NCBI GenBank assembly: GCA_937996685.1
Contig: CALKUP010000001.1
Location: forward strand, 45,322 to 109,321
DNA length: 64,000 nucleotides
Source: an uncultured bacterium
GTDB lineage: Bacteria > Patescibacteriota > Patescibacteriia > UBA9570 > XYC2-FULL-38-9
Direction: 5' to 3'
This document shows positions 41,813-50,936 of this stretch, piece by piece (the stretch's first letter is position 1; each line of letters opens with the position of its first letter). Made by a program: the position numbers and the translations under genes. The notes below the pieces were generated by a model. It was not told where the DNA came from. It was given only the letters and a program-made list of their open reading frames with translations, and did no database searches.

Positions 41813-42796
41813 TTATTCTTCCTCTGAATAGGAGTTGCTGCGACTCGCGCGTTTTTTCCCAAACAGTTGGGTTGCGCTCGCTCTGCCGCCGTTATACACA
41901 AACAACACAATCGCAGAAGCGACAATCGGGAGGTGTCCGAGGACTTCGTGAGGCCCGAGAATAGTTGCGGTAATTCCAAAGACTACGGCAATAGCAACAA
42001 GTGTTGGGCGAACAAGAATGCCAGTGAAGAGGAGTGTTCCAAGCAAGAGTTCTGTCATGCCGGCAGACAAAATAAATAAACGATCAGAAAACCAGTCAAA
42101 GCCGTAGAGTTCCATGAAATTCCAATTGTGTTCTGTTAAAAAGGCGGCGGACAGGCCGGGGTGAAATAATTTTTCTGATAAGGCAAGAGTGATAAAAGAA
42201 ATTCCGGCGGTCACACGAATAGCAGTGACGCTATAACCAGCAAAACGATGCAGTGGATTTTTTGTTCCGCCGTCTTGAATAAAAATAGCCAGTCCAATAC
42301 CAAAGACATGCGCGTGTTCAAGAAGTTCAAGAATCCCAAACTGCCAGGCTGTTGCGATATATCCCGCCATAAGCAATAAGCTTGCAATTCGAACAAAAAA
42401 TCCGGTAATAAATAAAATACCCGCAACCAGTAGTCCGCCGCGAATCACTTGTGTAACAATGTCAGAGACAGGAAACACAGGCGCGATGATGCTATTATCG
42501 ATGCTGCTGATAATGAGCCATAGACCAACCATTGCTTGAAAGAGCCGAGAAATACTCGCGCTCCACCGTTTGCGATTGCGGCCCTTTGGTGTGAAGCGTT
42601 TATCAAGAAAAAAGCCGCATAATACAATGGCTGCGATAATAAAAATCCAGACAACAACGGCGGATTCTGTTACATCAAATGGCTCAATTGCAACTTCTTT
42701 TTCAGCAAACCATTTCACGTGCGCGCTGGCTGCGATTGGCAGCGCTGCAGCAAGTGTTGTCATTATTGCGGTGACAAAAGGTGCGCGATGTTTCAT
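41813..42796 (-). CDS. DoxX-like membrane protein
   Basis: AHVKWF, EKL..P, E.LGHLP; many TM segments. Confidence 0.8.
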   Translation of the reverse strand: MKHRAPFVTAIMTTLAAALPIAASAHVKWFAEKEVAIEPFDVTESAVVVWIFIIAAIVLCGFFLDKRFTPKGRNRKRWSASISRLFQAMVGLWLIISSIDNSIIAPVFPVSDIVTQVIRGGLLVAGILFITGFFVRIASLLLMAGYIATAWQFGILELLEHAHVFGIGLAIFIQDGGTKNPLHRFAGYSVTAIRVTAGISFITLALSEKLFHPGLSAAFLTEHNWNFMELYGFDWFSDRLFILSAGMTELLLGTLLFTGILVRPTLVAIAVVFGITATILGPHEVLGHLPIVASAIVLFVYNGGRASATQLFGKKRASRSNSYSEEE

Positions 42797-43101
42797 AAAG
42801 CGTTTTCAATAGCGGCTTTCCAGCGCTTGCGTGACCACACAGAAAAATGGTGAATAACACCTTCTGTGTCGTGAACCCAAATCCCATGACTAAATAGTCC
42901 GAGATTATTGCGATAGCTGACTTGGGTGATGTTCGATAATGCAATTTCAAAATCGTACTGTTTAAAATTGTGCAGATGCGCAATAAAGACCAGGCGTTGA
43001 TTTGTGAGAAAAAGCTTCCCAATCATTAAGGTTTTGTCAATGTAATGATTGGCTTCTGTTTCGCGAAGTAAGACTTCGTTTGTGAGGAGAGTGAGTTTCA
43101 T
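42793..43101 (-). CDS. GRAM/PH-like domain protein
   Basis: AN......GKLFLTNQRLVF..H, F.V..R..W. Confidence 0.8.
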   Translation of the reverse strand: MKLTLLTNEVLLRETEANHYIDKTLMIGKLFLTNQRLVFIAHLHNFKQYDFEIALSNITQVSYRNNLGLFSHGIWVHDTEGVIHHFSVWSRKRWKAAIENAL

Positions 43102-43191
43102 ACGTTGTATCTATTGTAGTCCTGAAAACGGTGAATTTCAAGGGGTGGGCCCTATTTGTGAATGCTGCCCATTCTCATATATAATCATTCT

Positions 43192-43614
43192 ATGAATATT
43201 ACTCTTCTTTCTATTGGAAAAACGAGCCTTGCGGGGTGTACTGAAACAGAGCAGGTATACATAAAGCGATTGCAGGGGTTGTTTCGTGTGCAGACGCAGT
43301 ATGTCAAAACAGAAAAGGATTTTCTTGAGATTGTGCAAAAACATCAAGGTGTTGTTGTGCTGTTAGATGAAGGCGGACTGCAGATGAATTCACATGAATT
43401 CGCAGCATATATGGAGTCGATGTTGCTGCGCACACAGCATGTATTGTTAGTGATTGGGGATGCTGCGGGACTGCCGGCAGAATTGCGTGCAGCAGGACAC
43501 GCGGTCATTGGATTATCGCCACTAACATTTCCGCATGATATTGCGCGGGTTGTATTGCTAGAGCAGTTATATCGCGCGCAAACAATCATTCAAAACCATC
43601 CATACCACAAATAA
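43192..43614 (+). CDS. rlmH: 23S rRNA m3Psi1915 methyltransferase
   Basis: LDE.G, IG.A.G, LS.LTFPH..AR..LLEQLYRA..I....PYHK. Confidence 0.93.
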   Translation: MNITLLSIGKTSLAGCTETEQVYIKRLQGLFRVQTQYVKTEKDFLEIVQKHQGVVVLLDEGGLQMNSHEFAAYMESMLLRTQHVLLVIGDAAGLPAELRAAGHAVIGLSPLTFPHDIARVVLLEQLYRAQTIIQNHPYHK

Positions 43615-43678
43615 AATCGTTTGATTGTTTGTCTTTTCTGTGGTATAATACAGTCTCCAATTGAGATAATCTATTTTT

Positions 43679-44545
43679 ATGGTAACAACTGCTGTTATTC
43701 CAGTCGCAGGTCTCGGTACTCGTTTCTTGCCGCAAACAAAATCTGTCCCAAAAGAGTTGCTTCCCGTCGTTGATAAGCCAGTTATTCAGTATATTGTTGA
43801 AGAGGCGGTTGCGAGTGGTTTAACAAACATTATTTTTGTATTGTCCCCAGATAAAGAGGCGATTCGCGGCCACTTTTTTGAAAATGTAAAATTACAAGAT
43901 GAGTTAGTCAAAAAAGGAAAGCATACAGAACTCGCAACAATTTCTTCTTTGCATTCAATGGCAACGTTTCATTATGCAATTCAAGAAGAGCCACGTGGAC
44001 TTGGTGATGCGATTTTGAAAGCTCGTCCATTTATTCCAGAAGGTGAGGCGTGTGTTGTGTTTGGTGGTGATGATATTGTAGAAGGTGATGTGCCAGCAGC
44101 AAAACAGCTGATGGATGTGTATGAGCAATATCACGCGCCAGTCATTGGTGTAACAAATGTTGCAAAAGAAGATGTGGTTCGATATGGGATCATTGATCCA
44201 AAAGAATCATTAGACAATGCAGTGTTTTCATTGGATACCATCGTTGAAAAACCAGCTGTTGCAGATGCTCCGTCAACGCTTGGGGTTGGTGGTCGTTGGT
44301 TGATTACCGCTGATGTCCTTGATGAACTTGCGCGGACTCCAGAAGATGCGAGTGGTGAAATTCAAATCACAAAAGCTTTACAAACATTGGCTGAAACACA
44401 AACATTGTACGCAAAACAATATGAGGGTGTCTATCGTGATTGTGGAAATAAAATTGAGTATTTGAAAACGGTTATTACTTTTGCGTTAAAAAATCCAGAG
44501 ACACGTGATCAAATCGCTTCTTATATTCGACAACTTGATATATAA
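43679..44545 (+). CDS. galU: UTP--glucose-1-phosphate uridylyltransferase
   Basis: AVIPVAGLGTRFLP.TK..PKE, Q.EP.GLG.A, VEKP. Confidence 0.93.
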   Translation: MVTTAVIPVAGLGTRFLPQTKSVPKELLPVVDKPVIQYIVEEAVASGLTNIIFVLSPDKEAIRGHFFENVKLQDELVKKGKHTELATISSLHSMATFHYAIQEEPRGLGDAILKARPFIPEGEACVVFGGDDIVEGDVPAAKQLMDVYEQYHAPVIGVTNVAKEDVVRYGIIDPKESLDNAVFSLDTIVEKPAVADAPSTLGVGGRWLITADVLDELARTPEDASGEIQITKALQTLAETQTLYAKQYEGVYRDCGNKIEYLKTVITFALKNPETRDQIASYIRQLDI

Positions 44546-44552
44546 TTATTTC

Positions 44553-45941
44553 ATGAAACGCTTTCGAGCATTGCTTACTCACACTCGGTCACGCGCCGCG
44601 CTGCTTGCTGTTATTTTGTTGTCGACACTTTCTTTGTCTGGCGCAAGTTGTGGCGGCACAGCGCTAACTGCCCCAGACCCGGTTGTATTAAAAGTATGGC
44701 GCTCAGAAGACAGTCAAGAAAATTTCCAAGCAGCAATGACTGCGTACACTGCGCAGTATCCACATGTGTCGTTTGAATATCGCGTCTTTCAACCAGAGGA
44801 GTATGAAGCGGCGCTGCTGTCTGCCTGGGCAAAGGGAGAGGGGCCGGACATTTTTTCTATTCCAAATAATGAAGTTGGCAATTTTCAGCAGTACATTGCG
44901 CCGATGCCAAAAAATGCATCATTTGCATATTCGTATACAAAAAAATCATTTGGCCGCACACAAACTGTCGTTGCGCAGCGTGATGTGACATTTTTAGTTC
45001 CGTCACAAATTCGTGATCAGTTTGCTCCAGCGGTTGGTTCTGATGTGATCATTGATAATGCTGTATATGGTTTGCCATATGCGCTTGATACAATGGTGTT
45101 GTATTACAACCGCGACATGCTTTCAAAAGCGCAGGTAGCTGTTCCGCCCGCAACCTGGGAAGACTATCGAAATGCCGTGCAAACAATCACACGTCGTGAT
45201 GAACAAAAAAATATTTTGCAAGCCGGGGGTTCAATTGGCACAGCCAATAATGTCCCGTATTTTTTCGATATTATTTCAGCGATCATGATGCAAAATGGCA
45301 CACAAATGGTGACGCCGTCTGGTCAAGTTGCCTTTGCTGAGGAGGTTAATGGAAATTTACGTGGTGCGGAAACAGTTGATTTTTACACAAAGTTTGCCAA
45401 TCCAGAGTGGCAAACGTACACATGGAATGCAACAGAGCCTGATAGTCGTTCAGCATTTATTGACGGCCGGACTGCCTTATTTTTTGGCTACGGACGTGAT
45501 CAAAAACGCATTCAACAACAAGCGCCAAATTTAAATTTTTCTTATAGCGCTTTACCGCAAATTGATTTGAATAATCGTGTTGATTATGCGTCCTACATGG
45601 TTGAAGTAGTGCATCTTGGATCAAAAAATCCAGAACATGCGTGGAATTTTATTCAAACAATCGCAACAACAGACCAAGGAAAAGTGTTTGCGGATGCAAT
45701 TGGCAGAACGCCAGCTCGTTTAGTTGATATTGCTGCGTTAAAAGATGATCCAGATCGTGGTGTCTTTGCAAAATCAGCACTGACTGCTCGAACGTGGTAT
45801 CACGGACAAGATTCTGGAGCGGCGGTCGCAGCGTTTAAGGAGTTGGTGGAAAATGTGCTTGCAAAAACCGGAACTGTTCAAGATTTAGTGAATATTGCCG
45901 CGCAAAAAGTCGCGCTTTCATGGCAAGCAAAAACAGAATAA
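44553..45941 (+). CDS. Extracellular solute-binding protein (sugar SBP family 1), probable lipoprotein
   Basis: LSGASC lipobox-like, GPDIF, YGLPY..D...LYYN, PP.TW. Confidence 0.85.
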   Translation: MKRFRALLTHTRSRAALLAVILLSTLSLSGASCGGTALTAPDPVVLKVWRSEDSQENFQAAMTAYTAQYPHVSFEYRVFQPEEYEAALLSAWAKGEGPDIFSIPNNEVGNFQQYIAPMPKNASFAYSYTKKSFGRTQTVVAQRDVTFLVPSQIRDQFAPAVGSDVIIDNAVYGLPYALDTMVLYYNRDMLSKAQVAVPPATWEDYRNAVQTITRRDEQKNILQAGGSIGTANNVPYFFDIISAIMMQNGTQMVTPSGQVAFAEEVNGNLRGAETVDFYTKFANPEWQTYTWNATEPDSRSAFIDGRTALFFGYGRDQKRIQQQAPNLNFSYSALPQIDLNNRVDYASYMVEVVHLGSKNPEHAWNFIQTIATTDQGKVFADAIGRTPARLVDIAALKDDPDRGVFAKSALTARTWYHGQDSGAAVAAFKELVENVLAKTGTVQDLVNIAAQKVALSWQAKTE

Positions 45942-45945
45942 GTAT

Positions 45946-46980
45946 ATGAATAGGATTACTCGCTCATTGTTCTCTGTCCGCCTTCTTTCGCTGGCGCTAT
46001 TAGGGTTTGTAAGTCTTGCTGTATTTACACCAAGTGTTGCATATGCAGATCAGGAAAGTGATTGTATTTCAAGTTGTGAGTCTGCATTTCCATCTGCGAC
46101 ATATACTCCTGACCCAGGAGATCCAAGAACGCCTCAGCAACAGGCAAGTTACGATAATTACCACACGTGTGTGAATGCGTGCATTGACCAATTTGGAGAT
46201 CAAGCACAGGCCGCTGCAGACGCGAATCAGGCAGCTGCAGACGCCGCTGCGGCTGCGGCTGATGCATTAGGAAATGCCGCTGCAGACGGCGGCAATACAA
46301 CAACTGGCAATGGCGCGACAACACCAACTGTGACAAATCCAACAGGAGGAACTACGCCGTCAGGTAAAGTGACGAATCCTGGAGCAACTGCTGACAGGGC
46401 GTTGCCAACTCTTTTGCCAGAATGTGCAACAACAACCGGTTCTTGTGGAATTTGTGATGTATTTGCAATGTTTGGAAATATCGCTGAAATTTTACTCGAT
46501 CTTATTTCTGGAGTTGTTATTTTAATGGTGATTGTTGGTGGGTTCTTCTGGATTAGTTCTGCCGGGAGTTCTGATCGTATTGATCGTGGAAAGCAGATTT
46601 TGATCGGCGCATTTATGGGCTCTATCTTTGTGTTTGCTGGTTTTGTACTTGTAAATCTCACAATGATCGCGTTGCTGGGCGGCTCTGGAAAAGCTGGGAA
46701 CTATGGAATTGTATCGCCGTTTGGTAATACGGAATGGAACAAGATATGCTCTGAAACCTCTGCGGTTGTACCACCTGCCGTTAATAACACGGCGACCGGG
46801 CAAAATCCAGCCCCAGCTCCGGTGCCGGTACCAGCTGGGTCTACATGTTATATTTTAGCCTCAGGTGGAGATGGTCGGCCATGTAAAGAGTCCACGTGCA
46901 ATGACGTGAATACATGTGTGTGTAAAGGAGTTCTTGACCCATCCTCTGGTTCAACGAGTTATTCTTGTGTGGCAAAATAA
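45946..46980 (+). CDS. Extended VirB2/TrbC-like pilin with Cys-rich flanking domains
   Basis: Core GGFFWISSAGSSDRIDRGK..I.GA..G; Cys clusters at both ends. Confidence 0.75.
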   Translation: MNRITRSLFSVRLLSLALLGFVSLAVFTPSVAYADQESDCISSCESAFPSATYTPDPGDPRTPQQQASYDNYHTCVNACIDQFGDQAQAAADANQAAADAAAAAADALGNAAADGGNTTTGNGATTPTVTNPTGGTTPSGKVTNPGATADRALPTLLPECATTTGSCGICDVFAMFGNIAEILLDLISGVVILMVIVGGFFWISSAGSSDRIDRGKQILIGAFMGSIFVFAGFVLVNLTMIALLGGSGKAGNYGIVSPFGNTEWNKICSETSAVVPPAVNNTATGQNPAPAPVPVPAGSTCYILASGGDGRPCKESTCNDVNTCVCKGVLDPSSGSTSYSCVAK

Positions 46981-47057
46981 AAACAAGCACCTTTTGTTCT
47001 GTAAAATTTAGTCAAAAATAGCATGACATTGCAGCATGTCGTAATGATTGATATAGT

Positions 47058-47435
47058 ATGCATATGAAAAAATATTTTCGTTTTATCGCAATTGGAGCTG
47101 CGGTGTTCTTGCCGGTAATGGTGCAAGCAGCAACAAACACAGCTTCATTAATCAACCCAATTGGCGGTTCAACAACCAGTCCAAACGGCGTGACTGATCC
47201 AAATGTGTTGATCGCAAACATCATTCGGTCTGTATTGGGCGTTGTTGCAGTAATCGCACTGGTGGTGATTATTTACGGCGGTGTTGAAATGTTGATTTCA
47301 GCGGGAAATGAAGAGCGCGTGAAACGTGGTCGCGATTCATTGATGTGGGCGTTTATTGGTTTATTGATTGTTTTTGGAAGTTACGCGATTATCCGAGCAG
47401 CGTTCCAGGTATTAGGAGGAGAGACAATTACATAA
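47058..47435 (+). CDS. VirB2/TrbC-like pilin
   Basis: IYGG..ML.SAGNEERVKRGR..L.WA.IGL. Confidence 0.85.
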   Translation: MHMKKYFRFIAIGAAVFLPVMVQAATNTASLINPIGGSTTSPNGVTDPNVLIANIIRSVLGVVAVIALVVIIYGGVEMLISAGNEERVKRGRDSLMWAFIGLLIVFGSYAIIRAAFQVLGGETIT

Positions 47436-47454
47436 ATACCATGTTTGCAGTATT

Positions 47455-47486
47455 AAAAAAACTCTTGGAAATCCCAAGAGTTTTTT
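47455..47486. terminator. Bidirectional terminator between convergent pilins
   Basis: AAAAAACTCTTGG..CCAAGAGTTTTTT. Confidence 0.85.
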
Positions 47487-47503
47487 GTAGTATACGTAAG
47501 TTT

Positions 47504-47857
47504 TTAAATAAATTGACCAAAGAGCAATAAGATGCTGAAAGAAGAGAAAATGATAATAAGGCCAATAATTGCCCATAGCAAAATTTGTCGACCAGTTTTA
47601 ATTTTGTCTTCGTTGCCAGCAGATGTCAGGATAGTAAACCCAGCGTAAATAATGAGCACTAACGCAACAACAGCAAGAACGCCGAGGCCGCTTTTAATGA
47701 TATTAAAAATATAATCAAGCAAACTTGTTTTTGGGAGTCCTGCGCCAGAAGCAACTCTGCCACCTGGGTCAAAGTATTGGGATGGTGATTGCGCAAGGGC
47801 TTGCACTGGGCTGCCGAGAGCAAGAGCGCCGAGGACGAGAAAAAAGGCATTTTTCAT
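47504..47857 (-). CDS. VirB2/TrbC-like pilin
   Basis: IYAGF..LTSAGNEDKIKTGR.IL.WAIIGL. Confidence 0.85.
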   Translation of the reverse strand: MKNAFFLVLGALALGSPVQALAQSPSQYFDPGGRVASGAGLPKTSLLDYIFNIIKSGLGVLAVVALVLIIYAGFTILTSAGNEDKIKTGRQILLWAIIGLIIIFSSFSILLLFGQFI

Positions 47858-47874
47858 AGAAATAGCGTATGTCA

Positions 47875-48258
47875 TTATTGTGCGCCAGAGCCAGTTGCGC
47901 TGCCGATAGTGCCGAATAAATAGAGTGTGATTCCCCATGAAGCAAGAACAATCACAAGGCCAATTGCCGCAGCTGCGAGTGTGCTCTTTGCGGTTTTGAT
48001 TTTGTCTTCATTACCAGCGGCGGTCATCCATGTAAACCCAGCCCATAAAAATAATCCTAATGCAACAAGTGCCAAAAAGCTGAGCGCAACGTTCAAGACG
48101 TTGCCGACAATTGTTGTTGGACTATTTGTTCCAAGTCCAGTTTTTCCAATATCTGCTTCTAAGGTAGAGCTGATAAATGGAGCAGCAAAGGTTTTTGTTG
48201 GAAGGGTTGTGACAAGTAATCCGCCTACTGCGTACAAAAGATTTTTTATTTTCATCAT
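47875..48258 (-). CDS. VirB2/TrbC-like pilin
   Basis: AGF.WMTAAGNEDKIKTAK..L.AA.IGL. Confidence 0.85.
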   Translation of the reverse strand: MMKIKNLLYAVGGLLVTTLPTKTFAAPFISSTLEADIGKTGLGTNSPTTIVGNVLNVALSFLALVALGLFLWAGFTWMTAAGNEDKIKTAKSTLAAAAIGLVIVLASWGITLYLFGTIGSATGSGAQ

Positions 48259-48414
48259 ATGAAAAGAATTATATTTAGACGTTCAATTTATAAAATCCTA
48301 ACATAAAGGACTCTTTGCGTCTATTCTGTTCCTGTTATGTTGTAGAGTGTTTGGCAAAAGATTCGTCTCGTGCTATTCTGCAAGTACATATTATTCCAGA
48401 AAGGAGGTGACGAC

Positions 48415-48792
48415 ATGAAGAAACTCGCACGATTATTATCATCATTTGGTTTCACAGCGATGGGCTTGCTTGCTGCAAATCCCGTTTCTGCGCAATTGAA
48501 GACCAGCTTTTCAGGTTCTGAAGTTCCAGCACTTGGAACTCGAACTCCACAAGCGATCATCGGACAAGTAATCAACGTAGCGCTTGGTTTCTTGGCATTC
48601 GTTGCTGTTATCCTTATCCTATATGGTGGTTTTTTGTGGATGACTGCTGCCGGAAATGAAGATCGCGTTGAACAAGCGAAGAAATTATTAACAGCCGCTA
48701 TTATCGGTTTGGTAATTATTTTAGCTGCTTGGGGAATTTCCCTGTACGCTATTGGTACTCTTGCAACCGCTACTGGAACATCTGTCAAATAA
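48415..48792 (+). CDS. VirB2/TrbC-like pilin, probable major subunit
   Basis: YGGF.WMTAAGNEDRVEQAKK; AAAGGAGGTGA SD; terminator at about 48807-48840. Confidence 0.88.
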   Translation: MKKLARLLSSFGFTAMGLLAANPVSAQLKTSFSGSEVPALGTRTPQAIIGQVINVALGFLAFVAVILILYGGFLWMTAAGNEDRVEQAKKLLTAAIIGLVIILAAWGISLYAIGTLATATGTSVK

Positions 48793-48869
48793 AAAACAGA
48801 CCAGTCAAAAAGGCGTCCGTTTATCGGGCGTCTTTTTTTTATTCCGATTGTTTGGTATTCTCTACAAGA

Positions 48870-50936
48870 ATGAAAGCTATACATCGTTTACGATTTTTTT
48901 TGTTACAAGACTTTTTGTCTGTCCCGCGCCTGCTATGGTTCTGGATGATTGGAGTCTGCTGTGTTGTGATTGGAATCTGCGTCGTATCGTATACGCAATT
49001 TCAATATGCAGGCCTTGATCTTGGAATTTACAATCAAGTTCTATGGAATACAGCGCATGGTCGTTTATTTGAGTTTACATTTAATGAATCATCATATCTT
49101 GTTGATCACCGTGAATGGTTGTTGATTTTGTTGACGCCGATCTACTGGGTTGTAAATCAACCGCTTGTGTTGGTGGTAATTCAGTCAGTGATTGTGAACA
49201 GCGTTGTGATTCCGATGTATTTGCTTGCGCGAACAGTCTTTGACGGAATGGTGCCGCATCCAAAAAAAGCTGCGCTATTTGTTGCGGCAGCGGTATTATT
49301 GCATCCAACAATCTTAAATATGCAGCTGTTTGAGTTTCATGTCCTTGCGCTCACAGCACCGCTCGCTGTCTGGTGGTGGTATGGCATTGTGACGCAGCGC
49401 CGCTTTCGTTGGGTCTTTTTTATCATCCTGCTACTCATGCGTGAAGATGTTGCTATTACAACTGCTGGCGTCGGTGTGCTGCTGTATATAACAGAACAAA
49501 AACGTTGGAAGGAAGCGGCGGTGATTGTGATCGCGAGTGTTATGTGGTTTGCAGCGATGGTTTGGGCTGGAGGGTATTTTTCCGTTGAAGATAATCCATT
49601 ATTTTTCTCGTTGTATTCATGGATGGGAACCACGCCACTCAACGTGCTTCAGTACATGGCGCTGCATCCGCTGGCTGTGTTGCGACATGTGTTATCGGCT
49701 GGGAATATATTTTTGTTTTTATTATTTTTAATGAGCACGGCCTTTTTGCCGCTCCTTGCATTTCGTCGTTTGTTTCCGGCACTGCTCGGTTTGAGTGTCT
49801 ATTTTTTCATGGGCAGTATTAAAATTGGCATGGATATTTTTCTGTATCATTACGGAGTATTGATTACAATTTGGACATGTATCGCCGCGCTCTATGGATA
49901 CAGAAGATTATTTGATGATACAAAAAAATGGAAAGTGCCATTTTTTACACAGAAGGACATGCATTATTTTGCGGCGCCAATCGTGATGGTCGTATTGTTT
50001 TCAACCTGGGTATTTTTTGGGCTTCATTGGGCATTGCTTGATATTGTAAAACTGCATTCAGAAGATCGCAGTGGTTTGCGGGCGGTGATGCAAGATATTC
50101 CAGCAGACGCTTCGGTAATGGCGTCTGATCGAGTGTATCCATATCTTTCAAGTCGACAATTTTTGTATTCAACAAAATATATCAATAGCGGGTTAAAGCA
50201 CTATTCATCTCTTGCGTATCAATTTCGCTCCTTTGATTGGCTGGTGATGACTGATGAAGTGGCGCGGATGCAAAACGGTAGTTCAATTCAAACAAAAGCG
50301 AACTCGGTTAAGCGCTTGCGATACCAGTTGCAAAAAAACGCGCTTGTGCCAGTCCGCCTTTTTGAGCAAGGCGTGTTGTATGGACCGGCTGCTGCAGCAC
50401 CTGCTCCGTCAGAGCCTGTGCGGTCTGCCGTTGGTTTTGTGTCGCAGGTTCATGCAAATCAACGGGTGCATCCGACGGCACGCTTGGATGGATATACGTA
50501 TGATGATGCAACGCGTCAATTTTCTCTCCAACTGACACGTATGAACGATGATCAGGCGATAGCGTTTCGGGCTGATCATGAAGATGATCAAGAGCTCTTT
50601 GTTCGGGTGTTGTGGCACACGCGTTATGGTCTGCCAGCATCAACGCAATATCGATTGCTCGGTAGCGCAACAGATCCAATGTATCTCTGGGGGAATGACG
50701 AGTCGCGGGTTATGCAGCTGCCATGGATTTTTCCAGAAGGAGCAACGGATGTTCGGTTAGAATTTGGTAGTTTGTATTTACCGCCGCAGCACCTTGCTGT
50801 CACTCAAACAATGCCGCTTATGCGAAAGCCATTGCCGCTTGAATATACTGACGTTACGCCAATAGTGGCTGTTGATGAGCGTTGTAAAATCACCCCTACT
50901 CAAGAGCTTGGTTCTTGTAGCGTAAACACGAAATAG
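48870..50936 (+). CDS. DUF2079-like GT-C membrane protein
   Basis: DLGIYNQ..WN...G, DH, FEFH, RED. Confidence 0.8.
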   Translation: MKAIHRLRFFLLQDFLSVPRLLWFWMIGVCCVVIGICVVSYTQFQYAGLDLGIYNQVLWNTAHGRLFEFTFNESSYLVDHREWLLILLTPIYWVVNQPLVLVVIQSVIVNSVVIPMYLLARTVFDGMVPHPKKAALFVAAAVLLHPTILNMQLFEFHVLALTAPLAVWWWYGIVTQRRFRWVFFIILLLMREDVAITTAGVGVLLYITEQKRWKEAAVIVIASVMWFAAMVWAGGYFSVEDNPLFFSLYSWMGTTPLNVLQYMALHPLAVLRHVLSAGNIFLFLLFLMSTAFLPLLAFRRLFPALLGLSVYFFMGSIKIGMDIFLYHYGVLITIWTCIAALYGYRRLFDDTKKWKVPFFTQKDMHYFAAPIVMVVLFSTWVFFGLHWALLDIVKLHSEDRSGLRAVMQDIPADASVMASDRVYPYLSSRQFLYSTKYINSGLKHYSSLAYQFRSFDWLVMTDEVARMQNGSSIQTKANSVKRLRYQLQKNALVPVRLFEQGVLYGPAAAAPAPSEPVRSAVGFVSQVHANQRVHPTARLDGYTYDDATRQFSLQLTRMNDDQAIAFRADHEDDQELFVRVLWHTRYGLPASTQYRLLGSATDPMYLWGNDESRVMQLPWIFPEGATDVRLEFGSLYLPPQHLAVTQTMPLMRKPLPLEYTDVTPIVAVDERCKITPTQELGSCSVNTK

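Noticed and set aside
47436-48414. Invertible pilin segment (phase variation)
   Set aside because: No flanking inverted recombination sites or invertase found by eye
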